DNA of 57,542 bases from Candidatus Anderseniibacteriota bacterium (GCA_021414205.1 JAIOOW010000002.1:155520-213061); one strand, 5' to 3'. Positions 10,027-21,134 are shown, numbered from the stretch's first letter. Numbers and translations are program-made. Notes: generated from the letters alone by a model not told the origin.

Positions 10027-11343
10027 ATGAATAAACCATCAAACCCACACACATTGGCATTTATAGGAGCAGGATATGTAGGACTCGTTTCCGGTACATG
10101 TTTAGCAGAAATCGGCCATACGGTCGTTCTTGTAGATAATAACGAACAAAAAATAGAGAAACTAAAAAAAGGTCATATTCCGATTTATGAACCAGGCCTA
10201 GAAGAACTTGTAAAAAAGAACGTAAAAGAAGGCCGCCTTACATTTACTACAAGTCTAAAAAAAGCAGTGGAACAATCCGAAGTTATCTTCATAGCTGTTA
10301 ACACCCCCCCACAGGCAAATGGCCGAGCAGACTTATCATTCGTTGCAGGAGCAACGCGAGAGATCGCAGAAGCTGCTACTTCCTATAAAGTCATCGTAGA
10401 TAAGAGCACCGTGCCCGTTAAAACCGGGGAACGCGTACTTGAAACGGTAAAACAGTACAATAAACACGGACTTGATTTCGATGTGGTAAGCAATCCGGAA
10501 TTTTTACGAGAAGGGTCCGCAATTGAAGATTTCATGAAACCAGACCGCATCGTGGTTGGAGTTGAAAACGAACGAGCAGCAAAGATTATGCGAGAAATTT
10601 ATGAACCAATCGACGCTCCGTTTATTGAAACAAATGTGAATAGCGCAGAGCTCATCAAGCACGCAAGCAATTCATTTTTGGCCATGAAGATTTCATTTGC
10701 TAACGCACTGGCTCGCATCTGCGAACTCTCCAATGCAAACATTGATCAAGTGACGTACGGTATGGGATTAGATTCCAGAATCGGCAAATCATTCCTCAAT
10801 GCTGGCATCGGGTACGGAGGATCCTGCTTCCCGAAAGACGTATCCGCATTTATTACGATTGCAGAAGACTTAGGATACAACTTCGATGTATTAAAAGAAG
10901 TGGAGAAAATCAACGAGGACATGCGCGAGCTATTTATCCAGAAGATCGAAAAAGCACTCTGGATTACTAAAGGTAAAAAGATTGCCCTATGGGGACTAGC
11001 ATTTAAAGCAAATACGGACGATATGCGCAACGCGCCAAGCATTACTATCGTTGAGCGACTACACAAAGACGGGGCGATTATTGCAGCATACGACCCAGAA
11101 GCTCGCCATACGGCAAAAGAAGTGCTTGGCGATAAGGTTGAGTACGTATCCTCTAAAGAAGAAGCGCTTAAAGATGCAGATGCACTGGTAATCGTTACAG
11201 AATGGGACGAATTCAAAAATCCGGATTGGGACTTAGTTAAAAAATCTCTCCATAATCCGATTATTATCGACGGTCGCAATATGTTCGATCCAAAAGATAT
11301 GGAAGCAAAGGGATTTGTGTATCACAGCGTAGGACGCGGATAA
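10027..11343 (+). CDS. ugd: UDP-glucose/GDP-mannose 6-dehydrogenase
   Basis: GAGYVGL, KSTVPV, SNPEFLREG, GYGGSCFPKD, GLAFKANTDDMR. Confidence 0.97.
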   Translation: MNKPSNPHTLAFIGAGYVGLVSGTCLAEIGHTVVLVDNNEQKIEKLKKGHIPIYEPGLEELVKKNVKEGRLTFTTSLKKAVEQSEVIFIAVNTPPQANGRADLSFVAGATREIAEAATSYKVIVDKSTVPVKTGERVLETVKQYNKHGLDFDVVSNPEFLREGSAIEDFMKPDRIVVGVENERAAKIMREIYEPIDAPFIETNVNSAELIKHASNSFLAMKISFANALARICELSNANIDQVTYGMGLDSRIGKSFLNAGIGYGGSCFPKDVSAFITIAEDLGYNFDVLKEVEKINEDMRELFIQKIEKALWITKGKKIALWGLAFKANTDDMRNAPSITIVERLHKDGAIIAAYDPEARHTAKEVLGDKVEYVSSKEEALKDADALVIVTEWDEFKNPDWDLVKKSLHNPIIIDGRNMFDPKDMEAKGFVYHSVGRG

Positions 11344-11357
11344 AGTCTCTACAGAAT

Positions 11358-11389
11358 AAAAAATCGCACTTAGGTAAGTGCGATTTTTT
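11358..11389. terminator. Bidirectional intrinsic terminator
   Basis: AAAAAATCGCACTT-aggt-AAGTGCGATTTTTT between convergent genes. Confidence 0.85.
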
Positions 11390-11406
11390 ATTATATAAGA
11401 GAGCTA

Positions 11407-12102
11407 TTACGCTAGCCCTAATTCTTTCATCTTAGCTTCAGCTGCATCAAGCTGTGGCTTGTCGTTGACCGGGAACCAGTACGAGCATTCAACGGTCTTA
11501 ATCTTCTTTCCCTTCTCATTAATCAGCTTCATCCATACATCTGGCGTTTCGTATTCTCCGCGCGCTGATGGCGTAATTTCAACTTCAAAAAAACTTTCAT
11601 CCATCACCATCGCTCCGCCCCAAATCAAATCAGATACGAATTCTTGAGGCTTTTCAACTGCCTTTACCACGTACCCATCTTCATCAACTACAAGTACGCC
11701 AAACTGTTCCGGGTTGGGAACGCGATAGGAGTATAGTCCCAAATCTTGCTGCACAAGCTCTTTGAGCGCTGCAGGATCGTAAATATCGTCAGCAACACTC
11801 CCAAACCACTTGCCATGAATTAAATCTTTTGCAGTAAAGAACGCGTGAGCTAATCCTAATTGCTCTTCTTGCTTCACAAATGTGATCGGACGCCCATTGT
11901 GTTCTCCAGATTTAAAATATTCTCGAATTGTAGCTTCGTGAGGACCGCCTACAACGAAAATTAATTCTGTAATTTCTTCAGGAAGCGCTTGGAGCAAATA
12001 TTCTACAACGGGTTTACCGGCAACTGGCAACAATTGCTTCGGGCCTTCGTAGTACTTTGCCATGCGAGTTCCTTTTCCTGCCATTAATATAATTGCTTGC
12101 AT
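11407..12102 (-). CDS. Sugar-phosphate nucleotidyltransferase (RmlA/GlmU N-domain-like)
   Basis: ILMAGKGTRM, PKQLLPVAGKP, QEEQLGLAHA, VEKP, SARGEYE. Confidence 0.9.
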   Translation of the reverse strand: MQAIILMAGKGTRMAKYYEGPKQLLPVAGKPVVEYLLQALPEEITELIFVVGGPHEATIREYFKSGEHNGRPITFVKQEEQLGLAHAFFTAKDLIHGKWFGSVADDIYDPAALKELVQQDLGLYSYRVPNPEQFGVLVVDEDGYVVKAVEKPQEFVSDLIWGGAMVMDESFFEVEITPSARGEYETPDVWMKLINEKGKKIKTVECSYWFPVNDKPQLDAAEAKMKELGLA

Positions 12103-12110
12103 AGGTTTGG

Positions 12111-12782
12111 TTATACCACAGGTTTTTGGTTCAAATCAACAGGGTCAAGAAGTGCGGACTCCCCGGCAGCAGACACCTTAACATGCTCCCGCACAGCATC
12201 TTCGTACCCCTCCCTACTAACAGTTACCTTGTACGTGCCTGGCGATGGGAAGAGTGAGAATTTTCCATATGTGTCCGAAATCTTCGTTTCTATCAATTGG
12301 CCACTTGTTTCATCAAACAACCGAATAACAGCTAAGTCGAGAGCCTCATGAGTTGTAGCATCTCGAACAATTCCATAGGAGGAATTATTTTTCCTGCTCC
12401 TCTTACTCATTTCAAACTGCAACGTACCCCAGAGCGATCGAAGCAGTCCCGAACTTGGCCGTTTTGCATCGCTATCTTTCTTAACTGGCACGATCATGTC
12501 TATCGGCTCATCATCCTGCCCCACTATGAACGTTCCTCCATCGTACATCACGTCCGCAGTTTTCGGCATCGTAAAAGATGCTTCTGCGTCCAGAACATAT
12601 CCCACAGCATGAATCGTTACGCCATATTCACCCTTCGGAAAGCTCGTAGGAAATTCTCCTTGATCATTCGTGGTGAGCGTAGAATGCAATTTGCCAGTTG
12701 CATCATAGATCATGACCTGAGCGCCAGCAATTGGATTACCGGAAACACTATCTACAACTCGACCATGAGGGGTACTAATCAT
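12111..12782 (-). CDS. Protein with two carboxypeptidase-regulatory-like beta-sandwich domains
   Basis: Two repeats of G.V.D..T/S..P/AL..A.V/I.....G.....T...G.F. Confidence 0.75.
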   Translation of the reverse strand: MISTPHGRVVDSVSGNPIAGAQVMIYDATGKLHSTLTTNDQGEFPTSFPKGEYGVTIHAVGYVLDAEASFTMPKTADVMYDGGTFIVGQDDEPIDMIVPVKKDSDAKRPSSGLLRSLWGTLQFEMSKRSRKNNSSYGIVRDATTHEALDLAVIRLFDETSGQLIETKISDTYGKFSLFPSPGTYKVTVSREGYEDAVREHVKVSAAGESALLDPVDLNQKPVV

Positions 12783-12797
12783 AGATACATCAGAATA

Positions 12798-15191
12798 TTA
12801 ACACACAATGTTTAATAACTTGTTCGGCACATAGATTATTTTTCTCACTTCTTTTCCATCAATAAACTTCGTGACGTTTTCTTGCGCCATCGCCATTTTC
12901 TCAACATCAGCTTGCATCGCATCCCGCGTTACTGCAATTTCTGCTCGGACCTTCCCATTTACTTGCACCGGAATAATAATATTCTGCTCCTCTAGATACT
13001 GCTCATCTGCAATCGGCCACGATGCTTGAGAAATTCCATCTGCATGTCCAAGTTGTTCCCATAATTCTTCGCACACATGTGGAGCGTATGGCGAAATAAG
13101 CAAGATAAAATTTTCAAGACTTTTTCTAGAAATTATTCTTTCTTTTTCGAAGACGTTTAAGCATTCCATCATGGTTGAAATTGCCGTATTAAATCTGAAT
13201 GCAGCTGTATCTTCCGTAACCTTCTTAATTGCTTTATTAATTGCGAACAACACTGCTTCGGAGTCATCATGCTCTTGCCCAATACTTGCCTGCGCCAGTC
13301 TCCATAATCGCTCAATAAATTTCCTCGGCCCGCTCATACTTGCAGTGCTCCATGCGACTGTTTGGTTAAACGGACCCATAAACATTTCATAGATGCGAAG
13401 CGTGTCAGCACCTACCGATGCTACGATGTCATCCGGATTTACTACATTACCAAAGCGCTTACTCATCTTCCTACCATCTTCAGCAAGAATTAACCCAACA
13501 TTCTCAAGGTGCATAAATGGCTCTGGCGTACTTACTAATCCAAGCTCATACAAAAAGATATGCCAAAAGCGCGCATATATTAAATGGCGCGTTGCATGCT
13601 CGGCTCCACCAACATACACATTAACAGGCATCCATGCCTTTTCTTTTTCAGCACTAACAAGTGCTTGAGTATTTTTCGGATCAATATAACGCAAGTAATA
13701 CCAACTAGACCCTGCCCACTGCGGCATGGTGTTCGTTTCCCGCTTAGCAGGCTTTCCGCACTTCGGACACGTTGTATTCACCCAGTCAATAATTAAAGCT
13801 AGCGGCGATTCTCCTGTTCCCGCAGGCTCATAATGCTCCACTTCAGGCAATACGACAGGCAATTGATCCTCGGGTACAGGAACTATGCCATCTTCTTCGC
13901 AATGAATAATCGGAATCGGCTCTCCCCAGTATCGCTGACGAGAAAATACCCAATCGCGAAGCTTGTAATTCGTTGTCGTTTTCCCAAATTTCTCTGTTAT
14001 TTTCTTTTTTGCTTCTTCCGCATTTATTCCGGTAAATTCCCCGGAGTCAATCAACACTCCGCGATCATCAACAACATTCTTAATGGGCAACTCATACTTT
14101 TTCGCAAATTCGAAATCGCGCTCATCGTGAGCAGGCACCGCCATAATTGCACCAGTACCATAATGAGCCAAGACGTAATCCGCAACATACATAGGAATTT
14201 TTTCTCCAGTCGCAGGATTAACCGCCCACACTCCTCCTAGCTTCACTCCTGTTTTTTCTTTTGTCGCATCCGTACGATCAATCTCAGTCTTCTTTGCAGC
14301 CTGCATCACATACCTGCGCACTTCATCTTTATTTTCCAAAACATCATGCGTATCATCAATAGCTAATTGTACCCACAAATGTTCTGGAGATAGTACAAAA
14401 TACGTACAACCGAATAACGTATCTGGTCGCGTTGTGAATACAGGAATTAACCCGGGTTTCGCACCCTCTTTTTTAAACTCGACAGGAAAACCAATCTGTG
14501 TACCTTCAGATTTTCCAATCCAATTCTTCTGAGATTCAATAATCGATTTTGGCCACGGAAGACCTTCTAAGCCAGCAAGCATTTTTTCTGCATACTCAGT
14601 AATTTTGAGCGCCCATTGGCGCATCGGACGTTTTTCAACTACCGATCCGCATCGCTCACATTTGCCTTGTTCTACATCTTCGTTTGCTAATCCAGTTTGG
14701 CATGACGGGCACCAATTGATCGGCTCGAAGCTTTCATACGCCAATCCTTTTTTATATAACTGCAAAAAGATCCATTGCGTCCATTTGTAATACTCCGGAT
14801 CAGTAGTATTTATTTCTCGGTTCCAATCATACGAAAATCCAATATTCTGTAATTGCTCTTTAAACCGAGCGATATTTTTTTCAACGGCAACACGAGGATG
14901 CACCTTATTTTTAATCGCATAATTTTCTGCAGGCAACCCAAATGCATCCCACCCCATCGGGTGAAGCACATCATACCCCTGCATTCTCTGCATACGAGAA
15001 AATACGTCCGTGGCAATATAGCCCTTCGGATGGCCCACATGAAGCCCTTCTCCGGATGGGTATGGAAACATGTCAAGAACGTAGCTTTTCTTCGCCCCGG
15101 GCAATTCAGGAGTCGTAAACGTCCCTTCCTTCACCCAGCGCTGTTGCCACTTTTTCTCTATTTTTGCGTGATTATATGCGTTATCTGCCAT
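12798..15191 (-). CDS. leuS: Leucine--tRNA ligase
   Basis: MFPYPSGEGLHVGH (HIGH), KMSKR, editing-domain GTGAIMAVPAHDERD. Confidence 0.99.
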   Translation of the reverse strand: MADNAYNHAKIEKKWQQRWVKEGTFTTPELPGAKKSYVLDMFPYPSGEGLHVGHPKGYIATDVFSRMQRMQGYDVLHPMGWDAFGLPAENYAIKNKVHPRVAVEKNIARFKEQLQNIGFSYDWNREINTTDPEYYKWTQWIFLQLYKKGLAYESFEPINWCPSCQTGLANEDVEQGKCERCGSVVEKRPMRQWALKITEYAEKMLAGLEGLPWPKSIIESQKNWIGKSEGTQIGFPVEFKKEGAKPGLIPVFTTRPDTLFGCTYFVLSPEHLWVQLAIDDTHDVLENKDEVRRYVMQAAKKTEIDRTDATKEKTGVKLGGVWAVNPATGEKIPMYVADYVLAHYGTGAIMAVPAHDERDFEFAKKYELPIKNVVDDRGVLIDSGEFTGINAEEAKKKITEKFGKTTTNYKLRDWVFSRQRYWGEPIPIIHCEEDGIVPVPEDQLPVVLPEVEHYEPAGTGESPLALIIDWVNTTCPKCGKPAKRETNTMPQWAGSSWYYLRYIDPKNTQALVSAEKEKAWMPVNVYVGGAEHATRHLIYARFWHIFLYELGLVSTPEPFMHLENVGLILAEDGRKMSKRFGNVVNPDDIVASVGADTLRIYEMFMGPFNQTVAWSTASMSGPRKFIERLWRLAQASIGQEHDDSEAVLFAINKAIKKVTEDTAAFRFNTAISTMMECLNVFEKERIISRKSLENFILLISPYAPHVCEELWEQLGHADGISQASWPIADEQYLEEQNIIIPVQVNGKVRAEIAVTRDAMQADVEKMAMAQENVTKFIDGKEVRKIIYVPNKLLNIVC

Positions 15192-15212
15192 AAATAGCAG
15201 TATACACAACTT

Positions 15213-16496
15213 TTATTGCCCGTATATAACTTTTCTCGCAGCCTCTATCCTGCGTTTCACCTCTTTTTCAAAACCCTCATCGCCTGGTTCGTAATAGATA
15301 TTTTTCTGAATAGAATTTGGGCGATACTGCTGTTCAACTACATGCCCGGGGAAATCGTGCGGGTATTTGTAACCAACGCCTTTTCCAAATTGTTTTAAAT
15401 CCTCAATTGGCGCATTAACCACATTACCAGGCGGAGCATCGTTGCCGTGCGTTTCCACATCTTGCTTTGCGGCATTCATTGCCTTATATACCGAATTACT
15501 TTTCGGAGCCGCTGCTAAGTAACATGCGGCGTGAGCTAGTGCGAATTCCGCTTCCGGCAGCCCAATCCACATCAGCGCCTGGCTTGCTGCTGCAATAAGC
15601 ATAAGCGCATGGGGATCCGCATTGCCAATGTCTTCAGATGCAAAGATAAGCATGCGACGCACAATAAATTTTGGATCTTCACCAGATGCTAACATGCGGA
15701 ATAAATAAAATAATGCAGCGTCGGCATCCGACCCTCTCAAGCTTTTTATAAACGCAGAAATAGTGTCGTAATGAACATCGCCCGCCTTATCGTAGTGCAT
15801 TGCACTGCCATGAGCTGCCGCTTGAATGTCTTTTAATGCAATTTTGCCCTTCTTTTTTCCTGCAATAATTCTCTCAAGAATATTTAATGCCCGCCGAGCA
15901 TCGCCTCCGGATCGCTGAGCAATAGCATTCAGACTGTCTTTTTCAATACTGAGCACAGGATACCCTGCAAGCGCATGACTAATAATTTTTTTAATATCTT
16001 TATCCTGCAGAATCTCAAGCCGCACTACCTGCGCGCGAGATATCAAAGCAGATACCACTTCGAAATACGGATTTTCCGTTGTTGCGCCAATCATAATCAC
16101 CAAACCTTCTTCAACGGCGGGCAACAAAACATCTTGCTGGCTTTTATTAAACCGATGGATCTCATCAACAATTAACACTGTAGATCTTTTTATTTTCTGC
16201 CACTCGCGTGCGCGCGATAATACATCACGCAAGTCTTTTACTCCCGCAGTCACTGCGCTTACCCGCTCAATTGCGGCATCCATATTGCGTGCAATAAGTT
16301 CTGCAAGTGTCGTCTTCCCGACTCCCGGAGACCCCCATAATATAAGCGACCCAACCTTCCCCTGCTCTATGGCTTTTCGTAACGGCTTTCCCTTTCCGAG
16401 CACCTCAGCATGCCCCACAAAATCATCCAGACTCTTCGGTCGCATAAGCGCAGCCAGTGGCTTATACAATGCTTCTTGTTTGCGTTCTGTTCGCAT
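15213..16496 (-). CDS. rarA: Replication-associated recombination protein A (RarA/MgsA)
   Basis: PLAALMRP, GSPGVGKTT, DEIHRFNKSQQD, GATTENPYF, AFIKSLRGSD, ASEDIGNADP. Confidence 0.97.
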   Translation of the reverse strand: MRTERKQEALYKPLAALMRPKSLDDFVGHAEVLGKGKPLRKAIEQGKVGSLILWGSPGVGKTTLAELIARNMDAAIERVSAVTAGVKDLRDVLSRAREWQKIKRSTVLIVDEIHRFNKSQQDVLLPAVEEGLVIMIGATTENPYFEVVSALISRAQVVRLEILQDKDIKKIISHALAGYPVLSIEKDSLNAIAQRSGGDARRALNILERIIAGKKKGKIALKDIQAAAHGSAMHYDKAGDVHYDTISAFIKSLRGSDADAALFYLFRMLASGEDPKFIVRRMLIFASEDIGNADPHALMLIAAASQALMWIGLPEAEFALAHAACYLAAAPKSNSVYKAMNAAKQDVETHGNDAPPGNVVNAPIEDLKQFGKGVGYKYPHDFPGHVVEQQYRPNSIQKNIYYEPGDEGFEKEVKRRIEAARKVIYGQ

Positions 16497-16583
16497 GTAT
16501 ATAGTATACCGTAAAATAAAAAAATCGCCGTACTAAGTGAAATCACTCAATACGGCTTGCTGTTGTAATACGCGGACTAAGGC

Positions 16584-16760
16584 TTATTCGTCATCACGAT
16601 CAGAGCGATCACTCCAGAGAGCAACCCCTCGAACCACCCGGGCATCAACGACATGCCGCCTCCTGAATCGACGATCACTCTTCCGAGTTCTCTCATCGAG
16701 ACTTGCCAGTTGCTGCAGCTGCTCCGGTTGTAACGAATCAAACCACTCTTTTGCCGACAT
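16584..16760 (-). CDS. Small hypothetical protein (58 aa)
   Basis: ATG at 16760 with an AAGGA SD and an upstream TTGACA; fills an otherwise empty gap. Confidence 0.45.
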   Translation of the reverse strand: MSAKEWFDSLQPEQLQQLASLDERTRKSDRRFRRRHVVDARVVRGVALWSDRSDRDDE

Positions 16761-16886
16761 GATCAAATCCTTGATCAAACACTAAAGAAACTATCAAACA
16801 CGAGGTACCTTGCCTCGCAGATCCCAAATTTATTACACCAAACTGTCAACGAACTATGACAATTATAGGGCTTTTACAGGTCATTG

Positions 16887-17663
16887 TCAAACACCAAGCA
16901 ATTTTTTGGCGTTGTTGTGCGTTTTTTGTTCTACTTCCAAAACGTCAGTTCCGCGTAATTCTGCTATTGTTTGTATGACAAACTTACAGAATGACGGGTC
17001 ATTTCGCTTCCCTCGAAACGGTTCTGGCGTCAAATACGGGCAATCCGTTTCAACTAAAATAGATTCTAACGGAATTGTTTTTGCAATCTCTCGAAGCTCA
17101 TCTGATTTTTTAAACGTCACAACACCAGAAAAAGATACATACATGCCAAGTGAAATATATTCTTGAGCCTGCTTTAAATTCCCGCTAAACGTATGAATAA
17201 CGCCTTTGGGCCTATCTGCGTCAGCATACGTTTTTAAAATCCGAATCAATTCTTCGTGGGCATCTATATCATTTCCGCTGCGCACATGAAAAATCATGGG
17301 CAATTTTTTTGCTTGCGCGAGTGTAACAAATTTCTTCAGTATCGCTTCCTGAAAATTAATATCTACTCCTCTGGAAAAATCCAAACCAACCTCGCCAATT
17401 GCCTTGCATCTTGGATTTTCAGTAAGCCGAGCAAGTTCATCCCAGCCAGACTCCTGCACACCCTGCAACTCATGCGGATGCACGCCGACTGACGCAAAAA
17501 TTTTCGGATATGCTTCAGTAAGAGCAATTGCCTTTTTACTTTCTTTAACACTCGTTCCAACTTCAATCCAACCATCCACACCAGATGCAAACATACTCTC
17601 AATCAGAGTATCCCGATCTTCATCGAATGCGGCGTCATTTATATGTGCGTGACTATCAAACAT
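16887..17663 (-). CDS. tatD: TatD-family deoxyribonuclease
   Basis: FDSHAH, VGVHPH, AIGEVGLD, FHVR, IHTFSG, ETDCPYLTPEPFRGKRN. Confidence 0.96.
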   Translation of the reverse strand: MFDSHAHINDAAFDEDRDTLIESMFASGVDGWIEVGTSVKESKKAIALTEAYPKIFASVGVHPHELQGVQESGWDELARLTENPRCKAIGEVGLDFSRGVDINFQEAILKKFVTLAQAKKLPMIFHVRSGNDIDAHEELIRILKTYADADRPKGVIHTFSGNLKQAQEYISLGMYVSFSGVVTFKKSDELREIAKTIPLESILVETDCPYLTPEPFRGKRNDPSFCKFVIQTIAELRGTDVLEVEQKTHNNAKKLLGV

Positions 17664-17699
17664 AGCCACAGCATACGTTGCGCATTATACTTGTGCAAT

Positions 17700-18152
17700 A
17701 TGCTTTCCATTGCCCATACAATCATCAGCATTCCCTTCGGAATTATTTTCCAAAATCCCATCCTTGCTTTCTGCACTGCATTTATAGTGCATTTTCTATG
17801 CGACAGAATGCTCCATTGGAATATTTATCCGCATAAAATGAAATCATATCCATATACCTGGGTAGCCTTGGACGTTGTATCAGGACTTGGCGCAGCATAC
17901 CTTATCGCCGGCAACGCCGTATTTTCCTTATCAATACTTGCAGCAATACTAGGGGGCAATATGCCAGATGTGCTGCACGCATACTGGAGTATGATAAGCG
18001 AACGTCAGAAGCAACAAGCTCCGAAGTTCATCCACGCATACTTCGATTTTCACGAAGCAATTCAGCGGGAAACAGATTCTGCCCCAAAGGGCATTGTATC
18101 CCAAATCCTAACAGGCGGACTTGCAATACTTATTACCCGTATTCTTATTTAG
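17700..18152 (+). CDS. Hypothetical membrane protein, possibly a His/Asp metal-binding hydrolase
   Basis: Several hydrophobic segments with spaced AH, HFLCD..LH, MPD and FH motifs; TATACT lies 8 nt before the ATG. Confidence 0.65.
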   Translation: MLSIAHTIISIPFGIIFQNPILAFCTAFIVHFLCDRMLHWNIYPHKMKSYPYTWVALDVVSGLGAAYLIAGNAVFSLSILAAILGGNMPDVLHAYWSMISERQKQQAPKFIHAYFDFHEAIQRETDSAPKGIVSQILTGGLAILITRILI

Positions 18153-18672
18153 GAAACTTTTCGTTGTATCGATCGATTCCTGCCTGAATACATTTCTTTG
18201 TTTCTTCCAAATCTGCCCATCCATTGATAACAACTTCTTTTTTCTCCAGCTGCTTATACACGGCGAAAAAGTGTGCAATTTCATCAAGCACCGGCTGGGC
18301 TACGTCGGAAAGTTTCATAACCCCTTCAAAGCGAACATCATCTACTGGTACGCAAAGAATCTTTTCGTCGTTCTCACCTTGGTCAACCATGCGAAGCATT
18401 CCAAGAGGACGGACAGTCATGAGCGTTCCCGGATACGTCGGGAAATTCATCATCACAATTCCATCGAGCGGATCATTGTCTTCTCCAAGCGTCTGGGGAA
18501 TGAATCCATAATCACCAGGGTAATGCAATGGGGAGTACAATACGCGATCAAGTTTGATTAATCCGTAATCTTTATCCAGCTCATATTTGTTTTGCGAACC
18601 AGTCGGAATCTCGACAATAAGATTTAGCTGATCAAGAGATTTTCCGAACGAAACATCGTGCCATAAGTTCAT
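18145..18672 (-). CDS. ppa: Inorganic pyrophosphatase, family I
   Basis: VEIPTGSQNKYE, LDRVL, YPGDYGFIPQT, DNDPLD, DEKI. Confidence 0.97.
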   Translation of the reverse strand: MNLWHDVSFGKSLDQLNLIVEIPTGSQNKYELDKDYGLIKLDRVLYSPLHYPGDYGFIPQTLGEDNDPLDGIVMMNFPTYPGTLMTVRPLGMLRMVDQGENDEKILCVPVDDVRFEGVMKLSDVAQPVLDEIAHFFAVYKQLEKKEVVINGWADLEETKKCIQAGIDRYNEKFPK

Positions 18673-18701
18673 AATAGTACATGTAATTAATAATAATAAT
18701 A

Positions 18702-19754
18702 TTACCCTGCTAACTCGTCATCACCAGCTGCGGTGGAGAAAAAGTCGCCCAGCATGATGCTAAAGATAGTTGCGATAGGTACCGCCAGAATAATTCCCGG
18801 CAGACCCGCAAGCCTTCCACCTAAAAGAACTGCAATGATAGTTACAAGAGGGTTTAATCCGACCGCCTTGCGCATAATATTAGGCACCAGCACCTGGCCT
18901 TCTACCTGCTGAACAATAATATAGATAATAAGTGCGATAATGCCAAATACGAATGACTGAGACAACGCTAACAATGTTCCAAACAGAGCAGACATAATAG
19001 GCCCCACAACAGGAAATACTTCCAGAATCCCGGCAACAACTCCGAGAGCAAGAGCATACTTAAACCCGATTGCCCAAAATATCAACCCGATTGCGCACCC
19101 GATAATAATCCCTAAAAACAGCTGGGCAAGCACCCATCTCCCTAATTTTGTCTGAATTCTATCAATCATCAGTTCTGCATACGCAACGTGCTGTTTTGGA
19201 ATAATGTAACGAAATAACTTCTTTAACGCGTCCTCTTCAATGACCAAATAAAACGCGATCACGAGGACGAAGAAGAGGGAAAACACTCCCGTAAAGATTG
19301 ATTTTGTCTGCAAAAATACCTGGGTCGTAAGATTCGTGAGGTTGTTTCCAAGACTGGTAAGTGCCGACTGAATCTGAGCAGCAATCGTTTCCGGAGAAAA
19401 TCCAGGAATTGTCCCAATAACATGTTCCAGCCCGCTCACAATTTGCGGAACCTGAGCTGCAAGTTGAGTCGTTTGCTCGGCAAGCGCAGGAATCACGAGA
19501 CGAAGCGCAAGGGAGAGCATTCCGATAAACAGCAAATAGACGACGATCACAGAAATAGCTCTTGGAATATTATATTTTCTCAAAGACTTCGCTAACGGCT
19601 CGATGGCAAACGCAATCACCATTGCCCCAACAAGCATAAGGAGAATGTCTTTGACAAGGTAGAGTAGCGCAAGCAACACTGCGAATACCATAACACGAAT
19701 AATTGTTCCGGAAGATATCTCAATAATCTGCTTATTCCCTTGCATCATAGGCAT
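18702..19754 (-). CDS. AI-2E (PerM) family transporter
   Basis: Multi-TM protein; QQVEGQVLVPNIM..AVGLNP, GGRLAGLPGIILAVP. Confidence 0.92.
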   Translation of the reverse strand: MPMMQGNKQIIEISSGTIIRVMVFAVLLALLYLVKDILLMLVGAMVIAFAIEPLAKSLRKYNIPRAISVIVVYLLFIGMLSLALRLVIPALAEQTTQLAAQVPQIVSGLEHVIGTIPGFSPETIAAQIQSALTSLGNNLTNLTTQVFLQTKSIFTGVFSLFFVLVIAFYLVIEEDALKKLFRYIIPKQHVAYAELMIDRIQTKLGRWVLAQLFLGIIIGCAIGLIFWAIGFKYALALGVVAGILEVFPVVGPIMSALFGTLLALSQSFVFGIIALIIYIIVQQVEGQVLVPNIMRKAVGLNPLVTIIAVLLGGRLAGLPGIILAVPIATIFSIMLGDFFSTAAGDDELAG

Positions 19755-19774
19755 AGTATTGCCTAACTATACAA

Positions 19775-21052
19775 TTAGTTGAGTAATTTCTCAAATGGCA
19801 CAGAAGATTTCTGCGGACCAAGCAGCGCAACAGCCCGCTTGTCTTTTCGAAGAAGTTCGCGAGCGACATCCTGAATATCACTGATCGTAACCTTGTTAAT
19901 TTCTTTCATGATCTGGTCAGGCGTCTTAATGGCGTGCTCAGTCAAATCCTGGATACTCGAGAATAATGCCAGTGCATTTGTTTCTTCCAAATCCAACACA
20001 AGCGACCCTCGAGCCATCTTCTTTACTTTATCGAGCTCTTCTTTCGTAACGGGCTCCTCCATAATTCGGTCGTACTCTTCCAAAATCAATTTCAAAGCCT
20101 GCTGAGCTTTGTCTGTTCGAACACCAGATTGCGTCACGAAACTTCCCGCATCCGTATACGTGTCAGACGACGTCCGCACCATGTACGCCAAGCCATTCCG
20201 TTCGCGAACACTCAAGAATAAGCGGCTGCTCATACCGCCGCCCAAGATTGCAGCCAAAAGCCCTGCCGCATATTTACGAGGGTCGTTTTCAGAAACTCCT
20301 GGAACACCAACCATTAAATGCGTCTGATCTAATGTTTTTCGATATTCGTGTACAAATCTTTTCGCGGGCATTTTCTTCGGAGCAGCTTTCGGGCTTGTTT
20401 CCGCACCGTCGACAAGCGGAGCAAACATATCCTGGATCATCTTCTGCGTTTTCTTCGGATCAACATTACCCGCAACAACCACGATTGCATTGCCAGTATG
20501 GTAGTGCGCTTTTACGTACGAGAGAAAATCTTTTCGCTTAAATGCGCTTACTGTTTCGTTCGTTCCGTCGATTCGACGCCCTAACGGCGTATCGCCAAAC
20601 AATGCGGAATTCCACAAATGTTGGATATGGCGCATTGGCATATCGGTATACATTTTAATTTCTTCCTGAATCACTCCGCGCTCGCGCTCAATTTCCTCTT
20701 CTGGAAATAGCGGATTCAGCAAAATATCTGCAACAACCTCAGCGCCTTTATCTAAATATTCAGATGCAACTTTTACATAATACCCAGTGTATTCTTCGCT
20801 GGTGAATGCGTTGAATTCTCCGCCAATGTTATCAACTGCTTCTGAAATTTCTTTTGTTGTCGGACGATTCGTCGTCCCTTTGAAAAACATGTGCTCCAAG
20901 AAATGCGATAATCCGCCCTGCTTTGGAGTTTCATATCTGGACCCCACTCCGATCAATACCATGATCGTTGCTGATGCCATCTCTTGGCGAGGTAAAATAA
21001 TTGTTCTCAATCCCGAAGGAAGTGTTTTTTTGATAAGTGGAAATTTTGACAT
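19775..21052 (-). CDS. M16 (pitrilysin) family Zn peptidase
   Basis: VGSRYE, HFLEH inverted zincin motif, NAFTSEEYT, EIERERGVIQEE, MSSRLF..VRERNGLAY. Start at 21052. Confidence 0.95.
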   Translation of the reverse strand: MSKFPLIKKTLPSGLRTIILPRQEMASATIMVLIGVGSRYETPKQGGLSHFLEHMFFKGTTNRPTTKEISEAVDNIGGEFNAFTSEEYTGYYVKVASEYLDKGAEVVADILLNPLFPEEEIERERGVIQEEIKMYTDMPMRHIQHLWNSALFGDTPLGRRIDGTNETVSAFKRKDFLSYVKAHYHTGNAIVVVAGNVDPKKTQKMIQDMFAPLVDGAETSPKAAPKKMPAKRFVHEYRKTLDQTHLMVGVPGVSENDPRKYAAGLLAAILGGGMSSRLFLSVRERNGLAYMVRTSSDTYTDAGSFVTQSGVRTDKAQQALKLILEEYDRIMEEPVTKEELDKVKKMARGSLVLDLEETNALALFSSIQDLTEHAIKTPDQIMKEINKVTISDIQDVARELLRKDKRAVALLGPQKSSVPFEKLLN

Positions 21053-21134
21053 AGGTTCAGTGTACGTGTTTTGTACAGCAAGGGCAAATAAAAAAGCTGA
21101 CGACTTACAAGAGAAATCGTCAGACTTAACTGCG